From Microthyrium microscopicum (Eukaryota): 64,000 bases of DNA. The stretch covers positions 1,871,530 to 1,935,529 of the forward strand of contig MU004238.1 in the NCBI GenBank assembly GCA_010405405.1. Direction: 5' to 3'. A program made the position numbers and the translations under genes. Shown here piece after piece: positions 33,926 through 47,362 of this stretch. The notes beneath the pieces were generated by a model. That model was given only the letters and a program-made list of their open reading frames with translations, searched no databases and had not been told where the DNA came from. Positions within the stretch are counted from its first letter, which is position 1; every line of letters starts with the position of its first letter.

Positions 33926-35806
33926 CTTGAAGCCGAAAAAACGACTTTTATACTCGATCTCCTCTTTCACGATGAGCTCCTCTGCAAACGGGCTAGATCC
34001 AGTGGTGTCAGGTTACTGTGTCGAGGGAATGTCTGACTGGGTGTAGTAATGTCTCTGATTGAATTGGCATACACAATGGGTTTGTATGGTGACACCGGGC
34101 ATGGCTTGGACAAACAATTGGCGGCTACTATAGTCTTTATACTCTCACACGGCAAGACACGATGCTCCATGCGGCAAGATGCAAGTTCCACTAGAGGAAG
34201 CAGGGCTGGAACTAGATGCAGAAGCTGGATATCGCGGCTGAGGGATTTGGGTCCGCGCGGAGTGCAACGCGACTTTGCTTTAAAAAATCCCCGAACCCAA
34301 TCAAGGAGTATGAAAGAGCGGGTAACTGTGCATGAACAGTTATCCTGTAGTCGCAGAAGTCGCGGTCACGAAAATTGAATTCTCTAGTAAGCAGTGGAAG
34401 ACCCTGAAGATGCCTTTCTCAGCCTAGCAAACAAGAAATCGCCAAGATGAAGATGACAATGGAGTTTGTGTAAGTCGTAAATGTGAATATTTGAACAAGG
34501 TGGCGCAATTATAGCCCCTGACAGCGCTCTGGACTCCACACTGACAGTCCGTTCTTGGGTGCTGCTTTGGATGGTGTGGGCGTTTGCCTTTTTCTGCTTG
34601 GCTTCTTGGGAGCGATTTCTCTCAAATCAAGCGACTCGGCGTCAGCCAAATTTGAACTTTGTGGTTGCTTGCCCCTGGGCTTACGGTAGCGACCGCTATG
34701 GCGTCAATCTCACCTGGCGCCGTTGAAGAGGCTGAAATTGAAGTGCTGGAAATAGTCTTTACGGTCAGCCCCAAAGCACAAATTCCTGGGGGCGAAATAT
34801 GCGTGTGGTTGATCGTTTTGATACTTCAGGAGCAGTTGAAATGTACTCTAGAGTTGTTCACCGTAAGTTCGGGGGAAGGTGGATATGGAGATCAATTGAA
34901 AATGTCGGACTTCTCTTTCCCCGACACTTCTCATATCGTGGAACGGTTTATATGCATTGCCAGATAAACGCAGCGGGCACTAAAGGCAGCATCCATGAGA
35001 TTATCATAGTATTCCAATGATCAACTGACACGTTGGTAATTGAAAATCAAACCACCCTTCGATGTCGTGCTTTCGTATTTGACCAAGAGATTTCGCCTAA
35101 TGTACATCCCACCGACAAATGCTATGTTTGCGATACCCAAGCTGAACCTGAGTGTTGGAAAGGGCGAACTTAATCCTTGGTTCAATCAATTCAACAGGCG
35201 AGGCTAGAACATAGAACATAGTCTCTCCTGTCGATCAACCATAAATCATCCTTATCACTTGACTTTTAAGAGGTAACAAGCTACGAAACTTTGTCATATA
35301 TCTTTCTTGATTCGCTCTTAGAGAGGCCTTTCAATTTGACGTGCCTTTCGCTTTTATACCTTGTCTCAATTGTCAAGTCTGAAGAATGAAGTCACAATAC
35401 CGATATATGGAGGTTGCTTAGCTTATTAGGGTACCATAATACTCACTCGACGATATTCAGGGTTTGAAGTCTAGAAGTCTTTCAGTTCAAACCACAAATC
35501 CAAAGAGCTCAAAGACGAGAAAATAGGAGTATTCGTATATAAATGATCAATTATAGGGTATACTAGTACACAAGAATAGACTAACTATGAGACCCAGAGT
35601 AGCATCCGATTCAAATGGCATAACACGCCTCCTGATGATGTCGGCCACTCGAACCAATCATTGGTTCTTTCATGAACATATACCGATTCGCCGTGCTTTG
35701 GATCGAGCAGAGGTGTAAATATGGTTACCTTCAAGCTAAAATCTTCAACAGCCCCGAACCACAGGCCTTCAATAACGCTTTCAGTTTGTTTCTACAGTAG
35801 AAATAG

Positions 35807-37393
35807 CTATGTCTCAGCCTCAACTGCCTTGACCTTTTTGGCCTCACTTTCACCCTTTTCACCGTCTTCTTCACGATCGCGCTTCTTGGATGGAGAGTCT
35901 TGCTTATCAGAAGAGTCCTTTTTAGCACCTCCTTCAGCTTGATCAAGGATCTTGTCAACTGCAGCCCTGTTGCTTTTAGGTTAGACATTGCACGAACAAC
36001 AGTGAAAGGGAACCTACTTGTCCTCATCGGTAAGTCCTCCCCGGGCTTTACGGCCATACTCGTCACGACCGCCCTTCTGGAAGTCTTCGCGGCGGCTCTT
36101 CCAGTCGTTGCGATCACGGTGACCATTGCGGTTATCGCGGTCGTCCCGGTTGCCGCCTCGGCCACGGCCTCGACCTCGACCTCCGCGACCACCCCGGTCA
36201 CCCCGGTCATCGCGCCCTCGGAAGTTGCCTCGTCCACGACCGCCCCGATCGTTGTTGTTGAAATTTGGACGATAGTAGTTCCTAGAGCTGAGGTTAGTAT
36301 TGGTAGATATGAGGCGCATGTTGCACATACTTGTAGTTGTTATTGCGCTTGACTTTGCCATCATTGATATCCTTTACTTTCATCTCGCAGTACTCTCGCT
36401 TGCTCATGATCTGAAGCTCCTTGCCTTCGAATTTGGGCTTAGGATCAATTGCAAGGAACTCCTTCTGAAGCTCCTCAGTCTCGAACTCGACGAAAACGCT
36501 GCCCTTGAACAGACGATCTGGGTGGCTGCGTCGTAGACGGACGGAGTTGAGTGGTCCATATGGAGTGAAGAATCCCTCGATATCGAATTGAGTGGTGCGG
36601 CTCTCTTCCGGGAAGCCTTTGGCGTAGATGGCGCGAGGAATTGAAGGATCCTTAAAATCATTCTCGACAATGTCCGGCTTCTTGAGTGGTTCTTTGCGAC
36701 GAATCTCATCTTCTTTCTCGCCAACAAGATCCAAAGTCTTGCTTTCCTTGATTGCGGCCAAGACGGCAGTGTAAGGCTGGAAGCGACGCATGCGCTTGAA
36801 GCTATGGATGACAGCGACAGGAACCGACTCGTTGGCACCATACTTGTCTTCACGGTTGCCAAGCACAAGGGAGCGCATGTGATCATCGTAGAAAAGGTTG
36901 CTATCGGAGAAGTAGAACTCTACTTGTTTGAGGATCTCATCGTGGTCGTCGGTTTCAGGAAGAGCTTCAAAATCCGTTTTGACGTTTTTGCGAGAGTCTC
37001 TGTACTTGCGCAGGTCTTCGCGGGGATCTATCCGAGTTAGCAAATATTTGGCGAAGTGTCGAGTAGTAGCGAACCTTTGCGATTGTGGCGGTCGTCCTTA
37101 TACTTGCGCTTGTTATCGCCTGTGCGCTCAACGGCGGTCTCCTTGTTTTCCTTGTAGTCCTTGTCGCTTTTGTCATCCTCGTCTTCTTTAACCTTCACTT
37201 TCTCCTCGGTGGCCTCGCCGGAATCTGCAGCATCGTTCTTTGCGACAGTGCTGTCCTCAGTTTTGACGCCATCAGTTGTCTCTTGATCCTCTACTTTGGG
37301 AGCAGGCTCTGCAGGCTCAGATTTCACTTCTTCACTATCCTTGATATCTTTGACAGGTGTCTCAGCAACGACCTCTTCTACTTTTTCAGCCAT
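35807..37393 (-). CDS. LHP1: La RNA-binding protein (La motif + RRM + RGG tail), multi-exon
   Basis: EILKQVEFYFSDSNL and VIHSFKRMRRF (La motif); RAIYAKGF and FKGSVFVEF (RRM); RGG-rich exon; three introns; TAG at 35807-35809. Confidence 0.93.
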
Positions 37394-37910
37394 GATTAAG
37401 CTGTCTATTGACTGGGAGTGTGAAACGGTGGATGATCAAGGCGAAATGGTGGGAAGCGCAGCAGTTTTGTGCGGTAAAAAGTGTGACTGGAAGCTCTGAG
37501 TGGGGTGTGTGACTCGATTGTACCGCAAATGGTGAAGGATTTGAAAGTCCGGGATTGAAATCGATCGCGGAAAGCCGTGAGAATTAGGACAGCCTTTTCT
37601 TATTGTGTAATTGACAATTGGAAACTACAATAGAAAAGCAATGGTGAGTGAAGCTTGAGCAGACTGTTGGTGGCCGGCAGCAAAAAAATTGCGGGGTGTA
37701 GGCCAATAAGAGGCAGTCGTAGCCAAAGCAAGCTAGTCGACTGATCCCTGCAAAAATCGAGCTGGACCGAAATCTTGGCCTTCCACAGTCCCGCCCAATC
37801 CGCTCCGCTGCATCGGCCAGCGCCAAGTACGATGATCCTTGAGTCGAGCTTAAGAAAGTTTATGAGAGTTCAAGAAGCTCAAGAGTAAAAGATATCACAT
37901 ACAGCCCGCC

Positions 37911-39466
37911 ATGGCACGAAAACCGCATAACTTCTACAACCTCAAACGGCCGGTAAGCAACTCTATCCTCATCGATTGGCCCAACTAACCTCTCCTGACC
38001 AGAAAATCCGCGCCGCCTGGAGCCCCATTGACATCTACAACATCCTCCGTCTCCGCCGCCAAAACACAAAGTCCCGAACCTTCTACCAGCAGAAATTCAC
38101 AGCTAAACAGACAACACGAGGATACCATGGAGAGCAGATCCGCGAGAAGAAATGGCAACGCATGTTCTCAAAGTACACGCCCGCCGTCGTCGAGATGAAC
38201 GCTATAAATCTTGCGCAGCAAGATGGGCGTGAGCAGGCGGCTGGTCGTGGTATGGGCTTGGACGACGCTGTAGAGGACGAGCAGAAGATTGGTGCAAACC
38301 AGTTTATGCCGTATGCGCAGATGACATATTGGACTGTGGAGAGGCGGTTGGATCAGGCGATTTTTCGATCACTATTGGCGTGTAGTGTGAGGCAGGCAAG
38401 ACAGGCTGTTGTGCATGGACATGTCAAAGTCAATGGGCAGAAGGTGGGTTCTTTTTGTCTGATGAGTTGAAGTGAGGAAATCGCTGATTTATGACAGTTC
38501 ACTCATCCATCGTATCTTCTGAATCCTGGAGACATGTTCTCCGTGGACCCTCAATACGTTATGCATCGGACAGGAACCTTCAGAGACGCACCAAGCCAGG
38601 AAGCCACGCTCGAGGCTCAAAAGGCCGAAGCGCGTCGCAACCGAGCAGACGATGGATTTTTGAAATCTGTAGGAACCTTGGATTTCCAGAAAGAGGTGGA
38701 GGAAGCCGAAAATCAAGGCACGCAGCCTGCTTGGGATGATTTGCCTAGTCTAGAGGAAATGGCAACACAAGCAAAGGAGGATGTAGGAACAGAGAGCACT
38801 GACAAACCCTTTAAACCACGCTACGACCCCGATGTGCAAGAACTATCCATGAAGGAAATCAAGGAACGCCGCAGCACCCTCAAAGGCCTCTTCGATCTAT
38901 CCGCCGAGCTCGAAGACCAACACAAACTATCACCCAAGCAGAAACGCAACCTTCGCGCCTTCCGTAAACGCATTCGCACCTATGTGGCAAAGCCATGGAT
39001 CTTGACGGACGAGGAGATTGAGAAATTGACTGATGACCTGGAAGAAATGATCCAAAAGGCCGAACTCCACACCGCACGGATGAAGGCTGAGCAGAAACAT
39101 AAACCATCTGACGCTGAGGCGGAAGTATTAGAAGCTGAAGAACAAGACGAAGACTCTAAGCTATTGGCTTCCATGGACAACCTCAAGCTCCAACCCGGCG
39201 ACATAAATGTTCCGCCAGAACAATTCGAGCAGATGAATCATCTGGAGCGTATGGCAGTCATTGCCCACACAGCCCGTGGCTGGTCGCCAAAAGACTGGAT
39301 GGCACCGTTTGCATTTGTGCCGCGTTATCTCGAAGTCAACTACACAGTCTGCAGTGCCGTCTATTTACGACATCCTGTGGTGCGAACAAACGTCTCTGAA
39401 GTGCCATCGCCCTTCCCCATAGAAACTGGGCAGTTGGCACACGCGTGGTATCTAAGAAGGCGGTAG
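37911..39466 (+). CDS. NAM9: Mitochondrial small ribosomal subunit protein uS4m, three exons
   Basis: [81 protein letters not shown] (S4 domain) and [12 protein letters not shown]...AVYLRHPV...WYLRRR. Confidence 0.95.
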
Positions 39467-40115
39467 ACGTACTCTATCAGCTGGGGAAAGAGCGAATTGC
39501 ATAGCACGGTCTATAAGCGGAGCGAAGCGATAGAAGTATATATGTTTGAAGACACCTCAAGGCCATATTTGTATTTGTACAGTAGTAGTACTTTGGCTAA
39601 CATACCAATTCTGCAGAAACTCTTGCCAGAAACACGCTGGCATGACGGATCAATTGTAATATATCTCGTCTCTTACAGCATCAAAACAAGTTGTGCACAC
39701 CTGCAAAGAAACATGGAAAATTGGAACACGTTCAAACATGAGAAAAAATCGACAATCGTGTCCGCCCAGAAAATACAGAAGCCATCATCGCTTGCTTGCT
39801 TGCTTGCTAGTACATTATTATCCGCCCCTTTGGTTCCCCCCTAATCCCGTATATGCATCAATCGATGGATATTGTTTCGCCGTCCCTTTATAAAGCCATG
39901 AATAGAAGAAGAAAAACGCCCCCGTAAACCAATGAAGATGTTTCCGTGTAGTTCTCCGAATAATCCAAGACGCCTGGTCATAATAGAAATTGAGACTGAA
40001 AGGAAAATGACATGAAAAAGATATAAAAACATCTATTTGCTCTCTGGGCATTTTAGGTGCAGATGGTGCAAAATTGATTGCTTTTTTGGAGATGCAGAAA
40101 GGATTGCTGATGATC

Positions 40116-42290
40116 TTACAGAAACGTGCGTGTCGTTTCGACTGTTCGCATCGTTTCGCCGCTGGGTCGAGGACTTAGGTCTGGTATGCTGCTCTCGTCG
40201 GAACTTGTCCATGCATCGTGGTCTGAGTCGCCTCCTATGCTGTATTCGTCACTTGTGTCTTCTGATCGGTAGGATGGTGGTTTGGAGCGGTATGATGGCA
40301 GACTTGTTGTGCGGGAGACGGGGGAGAATGGCATGTCGGAGGATGAGGCGGATGAGGGGAAGGTGTGGTCGCCTTGGGTGATTGCTGGGTGGTTTCGGGA
40401 CGGTATATTAATGGGGTGTGGGATGGTTATGCCAGCGTTATATGTGGGTGTTGGGATGGGAGGGTAGGCGTATGGTGAGCGGAGAAATGGGTTGTTGCTG
40501 GCCGCCGCGTAGGGTGGTGCGGCGCCTATGTGTGTGCTGCGTCCTTCTTCGGCTCGAATGAGATCGGTGACGGCGTTGCGTGTTTCTCGAAATTGGCGTA
40601 GCTCATCTTCGATTTTGAGATGCGAGATTTCTACTTGTAGTTGGTCTTCTAGGTATGCCTCGGTTTCAGCTACTCGAGCGCGTTTCTCGTCCATGTCGCC
40701 TGGTCTTCGGCCAGGTTTGCCTCGCTTTCGACCCGACATCCAGTCCCAGAAAGCCTGTTTACGGCCGGCTTTCCGGTATGCCCAGTCTCGTTGGCATTGC
40801 TCACGTCGGGCTGCACGGTCTTGTCGCTTTCTGGGCGTTGAACAGCATCGCCGTAGGAAACCGAATATCAATGCTAAGCCTGTGATGACGAAGAAGAACT
40901 TAAGTACAATCCATAATCTTGACGGCGGAATCTCTGCCGAGAAATCGGAAAGCGGTGTGAAATCATCCTCATCATCCACTACAGCAACAGGCCCACTTGG
41001 TTTCTCTTCCTTGACGAAGCATTTTTCCGGTTGACCGGGTAAAGTGGCTATGCATGTTTTCGTTTTCTCAGTTGGGGCAATCATGGCTGGATGTTGGCTA
41101 TGATCAGAATGAAGGACGAACCCTTCTTTCCCAATGAGGTCTTTGTATGGATTTGGCCGGATCTTTTGGTAAATGGTGTGGGCAGTCTTGTGGACGTGCT
41201 GTAACACAGCCTTGACGACACAAAACACCCCGTCGCAGCTCTCAATGTCCGAGTTAAGGTCTTGAGCAAGCTTTTCAGTGATGAACGCCTTTTTATCCTT
41301 GATGAGTCCTTTAAGAACAGTGAGTTCGGCCTCTAGACGTTGGAGTTCCTTGATATGTTCTTTGATAATAGCTTCCTGTGGTGACTTTTCCTGAGTGGGG
41401 TGGAACCGAAGGGAGGGAGGAGGATTAATCCAGGAGCTGTCGATATTAATTGGTAGTACAGGGGGAGACTCGATCCTTAGGAGTCTTGGTGGGGATATAT
41501 CCTGAAATGAAAGTGTGAATCCAGTGACTGATGAGGATTCGACGCTCTTGCCATCAATGGAAGTAACAGTAATTGTGAGAACTTGAGCCGCGGGGATTCT
41601 CGATGAGGCAGTCGCGTTAATGTCCTGAAGACAAGCACTGTACCAGTCTACGTCCAAACCATGGCCTGAGGCGTTGAGACTGGCGGTTCCACGGGTGAAT
41701 TCAGGCTCAAAAGCCCAGGGAGCGGCGAGATCGAGGGGAACAGCGTTGAGCGAGAGATTTGACGAGCAAGGCTGCGAGCCAGGAACAATAGAGAAGTCGA
41801 AGCTCTAGTGACGCCGAGTGGTTAGGCAACCATATATCCAATGCAAGTATAAATAGCGGGACCCGCCCAGCAGGACAACTTACAAAATCAAGGTCCTTGG
41901 ATAGGGAAGTGTTGACAGTTGAACTCAAGCAGTTTGGACAAGAGACTAGGAGAGAGGCTTGAGCGGTCGAGTGGTCTAATTGATGGGGTATAAGGATCAG
42001 CTGTTACACGTTTCCAGTTGAGTAACATGGGAGGCATGGATGAGCACAGGTGGGAAAGGCGAACCAAACATGCAAGGGCTAAACAGTGACAGACATAAGA
42101 AGAAGCACAGATATCTGAAGCATAAAACTGGGGATAAAAGATGTAAAAATAATGTATTCATACCTATTTGAACACTTCGGATTACGGCAGCTGATGGAGG
42201 AGTTGCAGCAACAGCAGAAGTAGGAGGAGCGTGAGCAACAGCCAGCGATAGCAACAAAGCCCAAGGAGCGAATGACAGGAATAGAAGCAT
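40116..42290 (-). CDS. Hypothetical type I membrane protein (signal peptide, luminal coiled coil, one transmembrane helix, Ser/Pro-rich tail), three exons
   Basis: Signal MLLFLSFAPWALLLSLAVAHA; two GT-AG introns join it in frame to ORF 40116..41657. Transmembrane LWIVLKFFFVITGLALIFGFL followed by basic RRCC; tail with PPY and LPSY motifs. Confidence 0.8.
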
Positions 42291-42722
42291 GAGGACGTTG
42301 AAACGTGACAGAGCCCACCAACGGGATTCAGAGTGTCATACCTCCCACCAACAGTATGGCAAGAAGTCAAGAGGTCAAGAAGGCAGAAGAACAAGTTGAA
42401 GAGAGGCGAGAATGTTGGGACCTAGAAGAGGTTCGTGACAAGCAGAAATGTAGGAAAGAAAGAGGATAGTCTAAGGCACGGAGGGGTACAGATTTGAGGC
42501 CAAAGGCTTGGAGGCCAGAGTGGAGCAGATTTACTGGAGGAATTGCTGGGAATTATTGGATAGAATGGAAAACGCCATGTCTTCAGGCAACAGTTTTTGG
42601 TACTTTACTACTTTCACACTCTGAGTCTCACGGCCGTCGGACTTGACAAGTTGAAATAATGGGGCAGTGTAGAGCTTGGACATTGCTTTTGACTGGTGTC
42701 CTTTTCTGGCTCTCACTCACTA

Positions 42723-45700
42723 CCGTAAGATTCCCACAACATGTCCGCAAGGTAACCAATCGATTCAGCCAAAATAGGGTGTTGAGGAGGATAGCGCGCT
42801 AGGGGGCGTTGAAAATATAGCGCTAGTAATTTAGGTAGTATCTGTTTTTAACGCCCTAATATTAGCGCTAAGTAAGCTATTTTGACTATTTTTAACGTTC
42901 TTAAAGATAAACTAAACTACTTTAAGCAGAATATTATTATTTTAATGATAGAGGTATGTTTATTATAATTAGGCTAAAGCCTTACATAGAACTATATATA
43001 TAGATTTTATAGTAGAATTCTATCTTCTTCTTTAATCTAATTAAAATCCTTAAATATCTATTATCTTAACTTAATCTAATTAAAAAATATTAAAATTAAT
43101 ATCTATAACTATGCTAAAGGTACTAAAAGAGGCACGTCCGTCATAATAAGCGCTATTAGCTAAACTAGACCTAAATATTATAAGGTTAAATTATTTACGT
43201 CCTTTAAGGGCAAAACCATACGCTAAAAAGAGTAAGGGATTTAACCTTTAGAAGGTTATTACTATTATAGCCAAATCTAGGTTATTTAATGCTATTTTAG
43301 TTTAAAAATAAATAAAAGTAATAGCGTGGATGCTATAATAGTGTTATATACTCTTCCTTAGTAAATAGTAATACTTACTACTATAGGGCATATTATAGTA
43401 TAAATATTAAGATATATATTAATAGTAGCATACTAGTATAGCTATTAAAGCTACTTAATACTTCGCGTTAAATAAGAGAATAATATAGTAATAGTAGTAA
43501 TAGCACTTATTATTATAGTTAATTCTATATATAAGCCATTAAGTTAAGCGTCTAGATATATAGAGAGAGCACTTCCCTAGACTTAAAGATGCTATTTATA
43601 TATAGTATTATTAAGAGCAAGATAAGAAGAAGTCTATAGGTACTTATTAATTACTTTAGAAGGCTATAGCGTTATATCCTTATATTTATATTACTAAAAT
43701 TAAGGCTAAAAAGATGCTAGCAATATATTAATTCTTATAGGGCTAGCTTTATAACTATCTAAAGCGCTTTAGGATTGCGTAAAGGAAAGTAACTTACGTA
43801 GCTTAGAAACTACCTAATAAGTAAATACTATAATATAGCAATCTTATTAGATTTATAAAGCTTATAACCTATAGGGCTATAGCGCTAGCTAGAGCTTTTT
43901 AAGTAAATATTAATATAATTTTAGATAAGGAATTAAAAGCAATAATATCTTCCCATTAAATTATTAATATAGATAAGATGCTAATACCTTTTTATAACTT
44001 TAATAATTATACTTTAGCTAATATAGGGTTAAAGATAGTTATAATTTATACTTATAAAGATAGAGATAATAAACGTTAAATAATAGTTATATTAGCAATA
44101 ATGGCTAATAGCATACTTTAAATCTTACTACTAATTATCTTCTATAGCACTACTAATAAAGATAAAGGTTATATCTTAAAGACTAAAGGTATATTCTACA
44201 ACTAAGAGATATTTATTAAATATAATAAGATAGCGTAAAATAATAAGGATATTATATAGTAGTAGTTAGAATATTGTTATCTTAGAGGATTAGATATAGT
44301 AGTAGAGGGGCCTAAAGGGCTTATAGAGAGGTCTAAACGGACTAAAGATGCTCTATCTCCTTCTACCTTAGGTAATTCTTCTCTTATACCTTCCTAAAAT
44401 AGAAATATTTTAGTACTAACTACGGGATCTAGAGCTTAATTTAATAATATCTCTACTAAAATCTAGCCCTACTACGTTAACTTTAACATCTTCTACCTCT
44501 TTAATATCTTCTACTTCTTTAATATCTATAATATACACTTCTAATCCTTCTATTCTTATTATAAACGCCTTCTCTGTACATAAAATGGCTACTATTAAAT
44601 AATAGTATAAAGACTATAATATTGTTATTACTATTATTCCCCCTAGTTATATATCTAAAATTTAACCGCTTAACGTTAGCGTAAATAAGCTATTTAAACA
44701 ACTTATTAAGGACCTTTAGGACCTATAGGCCTCTATATTCTTTTAATAAGAGCACTTTAAGGATATAAATATTAAAGATTTAGACCCCCTTAACTAGAAT
44801 ATATCTTAATATTAAGTATTTATAACGCATATAATAGCGAAGGCCTAGCGATAAATTTACTTTAATAAGGCTTTAATAATTAGACGCTTATTTACTACTA
44901 CGGGATTAAATACTATGCCTAAAAACGTTATTACGAATGAGAAGAACAATATTAGTATTAAAGATTTAATATTACTATTAGACCTCTTAAACTAGTACGT
45001 AGTAAAGCAAGAATCTATTAATATTCTTAGGGCTAGGGTTAATGAACAATAAGAGAAGATAAACGATTCTAATATAGAAGCTAAAGATGTTAGTAATAAA
45101 GATAATATAGAATGTTATAACAAAGAAGAAGCTAACGATTATATTCCTCTACCTATTAATAAAGATAAAGCTGTAGTAAATTTATCCTTTATTAAACTAA
45201 TAGAAGATATATAGTAAAATCTATATATAAACGACCTAATACCTATATTATTGCTAATTATCCTACTATACCCTAATACTTAGCCTAACCCTTAGCCTAA
45301 TTACTAGATTCCCTTACTAAAGGATTTTAAGTAGTATTACTACTATCTTTACTAAAATTAATAGGTAATTAAGCCGTCTAATGCCCTCTCCTAAAATGGA
45401 TTACTTAGTAGACACGAAGAGTTTTATCCTACTAAGATTTAGTATTTAACTACTTCTTTATTACTAATATTAATACTAGCATTCTAGCATCTAGGGCTTT
45501 TTTAATCTAATCCCTATCTTATTAAACGACTTAGCTAAAATATCTATCTTTAGCATCTAATAGTAATATTCTATTATTAATAGGACTACTTAAATTAGTA
45601 GTTAGACGTTAAATTAGGTAGTATTCTTAGCCTATAGCAAATATAGATAAGTAATAAAAATTATAGGTAATATCTACTCTATGTTAGTATTAAAAATACG

Positions 45701-45950
45701 CTTTAAAAGTATTACTTATATATAATACTATATCTTCTTATTCTTGCTATTTTATACTAATAAAGATATTATTATATAGCTTTAATTTTAGGTATTTAGT
45801 ATATTTAAAGATAGGAACGCTATTATAGCTTTTAGCGTTCTAAAAATGGATTACTACAAAATTACTATAGGGGGCATTTCTATAGAAACCGCCCTAAAAA
45901 CGCCTCTCCAGCGCCCTCGACCTTGCGGACATGTTGTCAGCTTTTTACGG
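42723..45950 (+). mobile_element. RIP-inactivated pogo-like (DDE_1) DNA transposon, 3228 bp
   Basis: Imperfect 31-bp TIRs: CCGTAAGATTCCCACAACATGTCCGCAAGGT versus CCGTAAAAAGCTGACAACATGTCCGCAAGGT (26 of 31). TA on both sides; TpA-rich interior. Confidence 0.92.
43000..45200 (+). pseudogene. RIP-destroyed CENP-B HTH + DDE_1 transposase (ends approximate)
   Basis: Plus frame: FPRLKDAIYI*Y (~43575, HTH) and G*LYNYLKRF (~43745). IINIDKMLIPF (~43960, for NMDETP), MANSIL*ILLLIIFY (~44100), SILIINAFSVHK (~44550) and IIPPSYISKI*PLNVSVNKLFK (~44635, for IPPGxTSKIQPLDVSVNKPFK). Confidence 0.88.
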
Positions 45951-46408
45951 TACTGACTGTGAGTCTGTGACTGGGTGCTGGGTCGTGTCTCAACTCTCAA
46001 CCACGCACCCGATTCCTGCTAAATAAGTGCTGACATGCTGGCCCATAGCCGGAGAATACTGGGACTTATCTCCGAGTGAGGCTGAGTATTTTCCAACTTC
46101 ATATCAATCCTTGAGAGCAATATCATACTTGACTTTGAACCGATCTCTAACAACTAGAATAGACAGAATGAAGTAAAATCAAGCTCCATAACACTTGCCT
46201 TTCCATTAAACCGGTTGAACATGGGCAACAGCACGCGCTCCTTGAGTCCTGCAGCTGCAGCCCAGCACCCCATAGCCTCGCCTAACCAATTCCGCTCTAG
46301 CTCAATATCACCCACTAGCTCAACACCAAAGCCCTCAACATCATTCCATCACCAAAAGCACCCCAAAATTCCATCCCACCATTCGCCAATTCATACACCA
46401 GCCACACA

Positions 46409-46889
46409 ATGGTACATACCTTCCCAATCACAACACCCTCGAATCTCTCGCTAATAGCCCACAGCTCCCTCTATCCCTCCTCAACGCCGCCCAAGGCCAC
46501 CCAATGCTCGTCGAGCTAAAAGACGGCGAAACACTCAATGGCCATCTAGTTTCCTGCGATACCTGGATGAATCTCGTGCTCAAGGAAGTTGTGCAGACTA
46601 GTCCTGATGGTGATCGCTTTACTAGGCTGCCGGAGGTTTATGTGCGCGGGAATAATGTAACACTCCCACCACCACTACTATCCTTCCATTCTCCCATCAG
46701 CAATGCTGACGGCAAATATAGATCAAATACCTCCGTGTCCCAGATGAGATCGTAGATCAAGTACGCGAACAGCAACAGCGCGATCACCAGAACCGGAGTA
46801 CACGTGGTGGAGACCGGGGACGGGGAGATCGTGGGGATCGCGGTAGAGGACGTGGACGCGGTAGAGGACGGGGAAGAGGTGGCTCGTAG
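46409..46889 (+). CDS. LSM4: U6 snRNA-associated Sm-like protein LSm4, three exons
   Basis: ATG|intron|[37 protein letters not shown]...[15 protein letters not shown], followed by an RG-repeat tail; TAG at 46887-46889. Confidence 0.96.
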
Positions 46890-47362
46890 GGGAGTGAAAT
46901 ATAAACAGGGATGGCGCGAGATGAATGAAGAAAGAGCAGATGCAATGTTAATGCTAATGGGCTGGGAATAAAAAAGTCAGCGTTAAGATACCCAATTCAA
47001 TTCTCGTACTCCGATGCAAAAATGAGTAGGAATGTGGTAATGCGGTTGCCTGTGGTTGGGTTTGGGCATCAGGACATTCTAAAAGATACTGACTAGAGTT
47101 ACAGCTGTGCTTCGCGCTAAAGCTTTGCGAAGGCGGGATCAGAGATCTGGTTATGGAGAAGCGATACTGCTTTTCGTCTGTGTTGTATATGAGAACTCAC
47201 TGTGCCTGACTTCAGCGTCAAATGTGAAATAGTACATGGAATAGTATTTACACCGTTCTACCGGACTACAAGCGTACTTAGTAGTCAAAACAGTCCCGCT
47301 GTATGATCAGTCGCTGCAAAGTCTAATATACAAAACACCCATCTTCAGCCAAGGTATATGCT

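Noticed and set aside
45278..45302. Telomere-like CCTAACCCTTAG
   Set aside because: Only one or two degenerate units inside RIPed transposon sequence.
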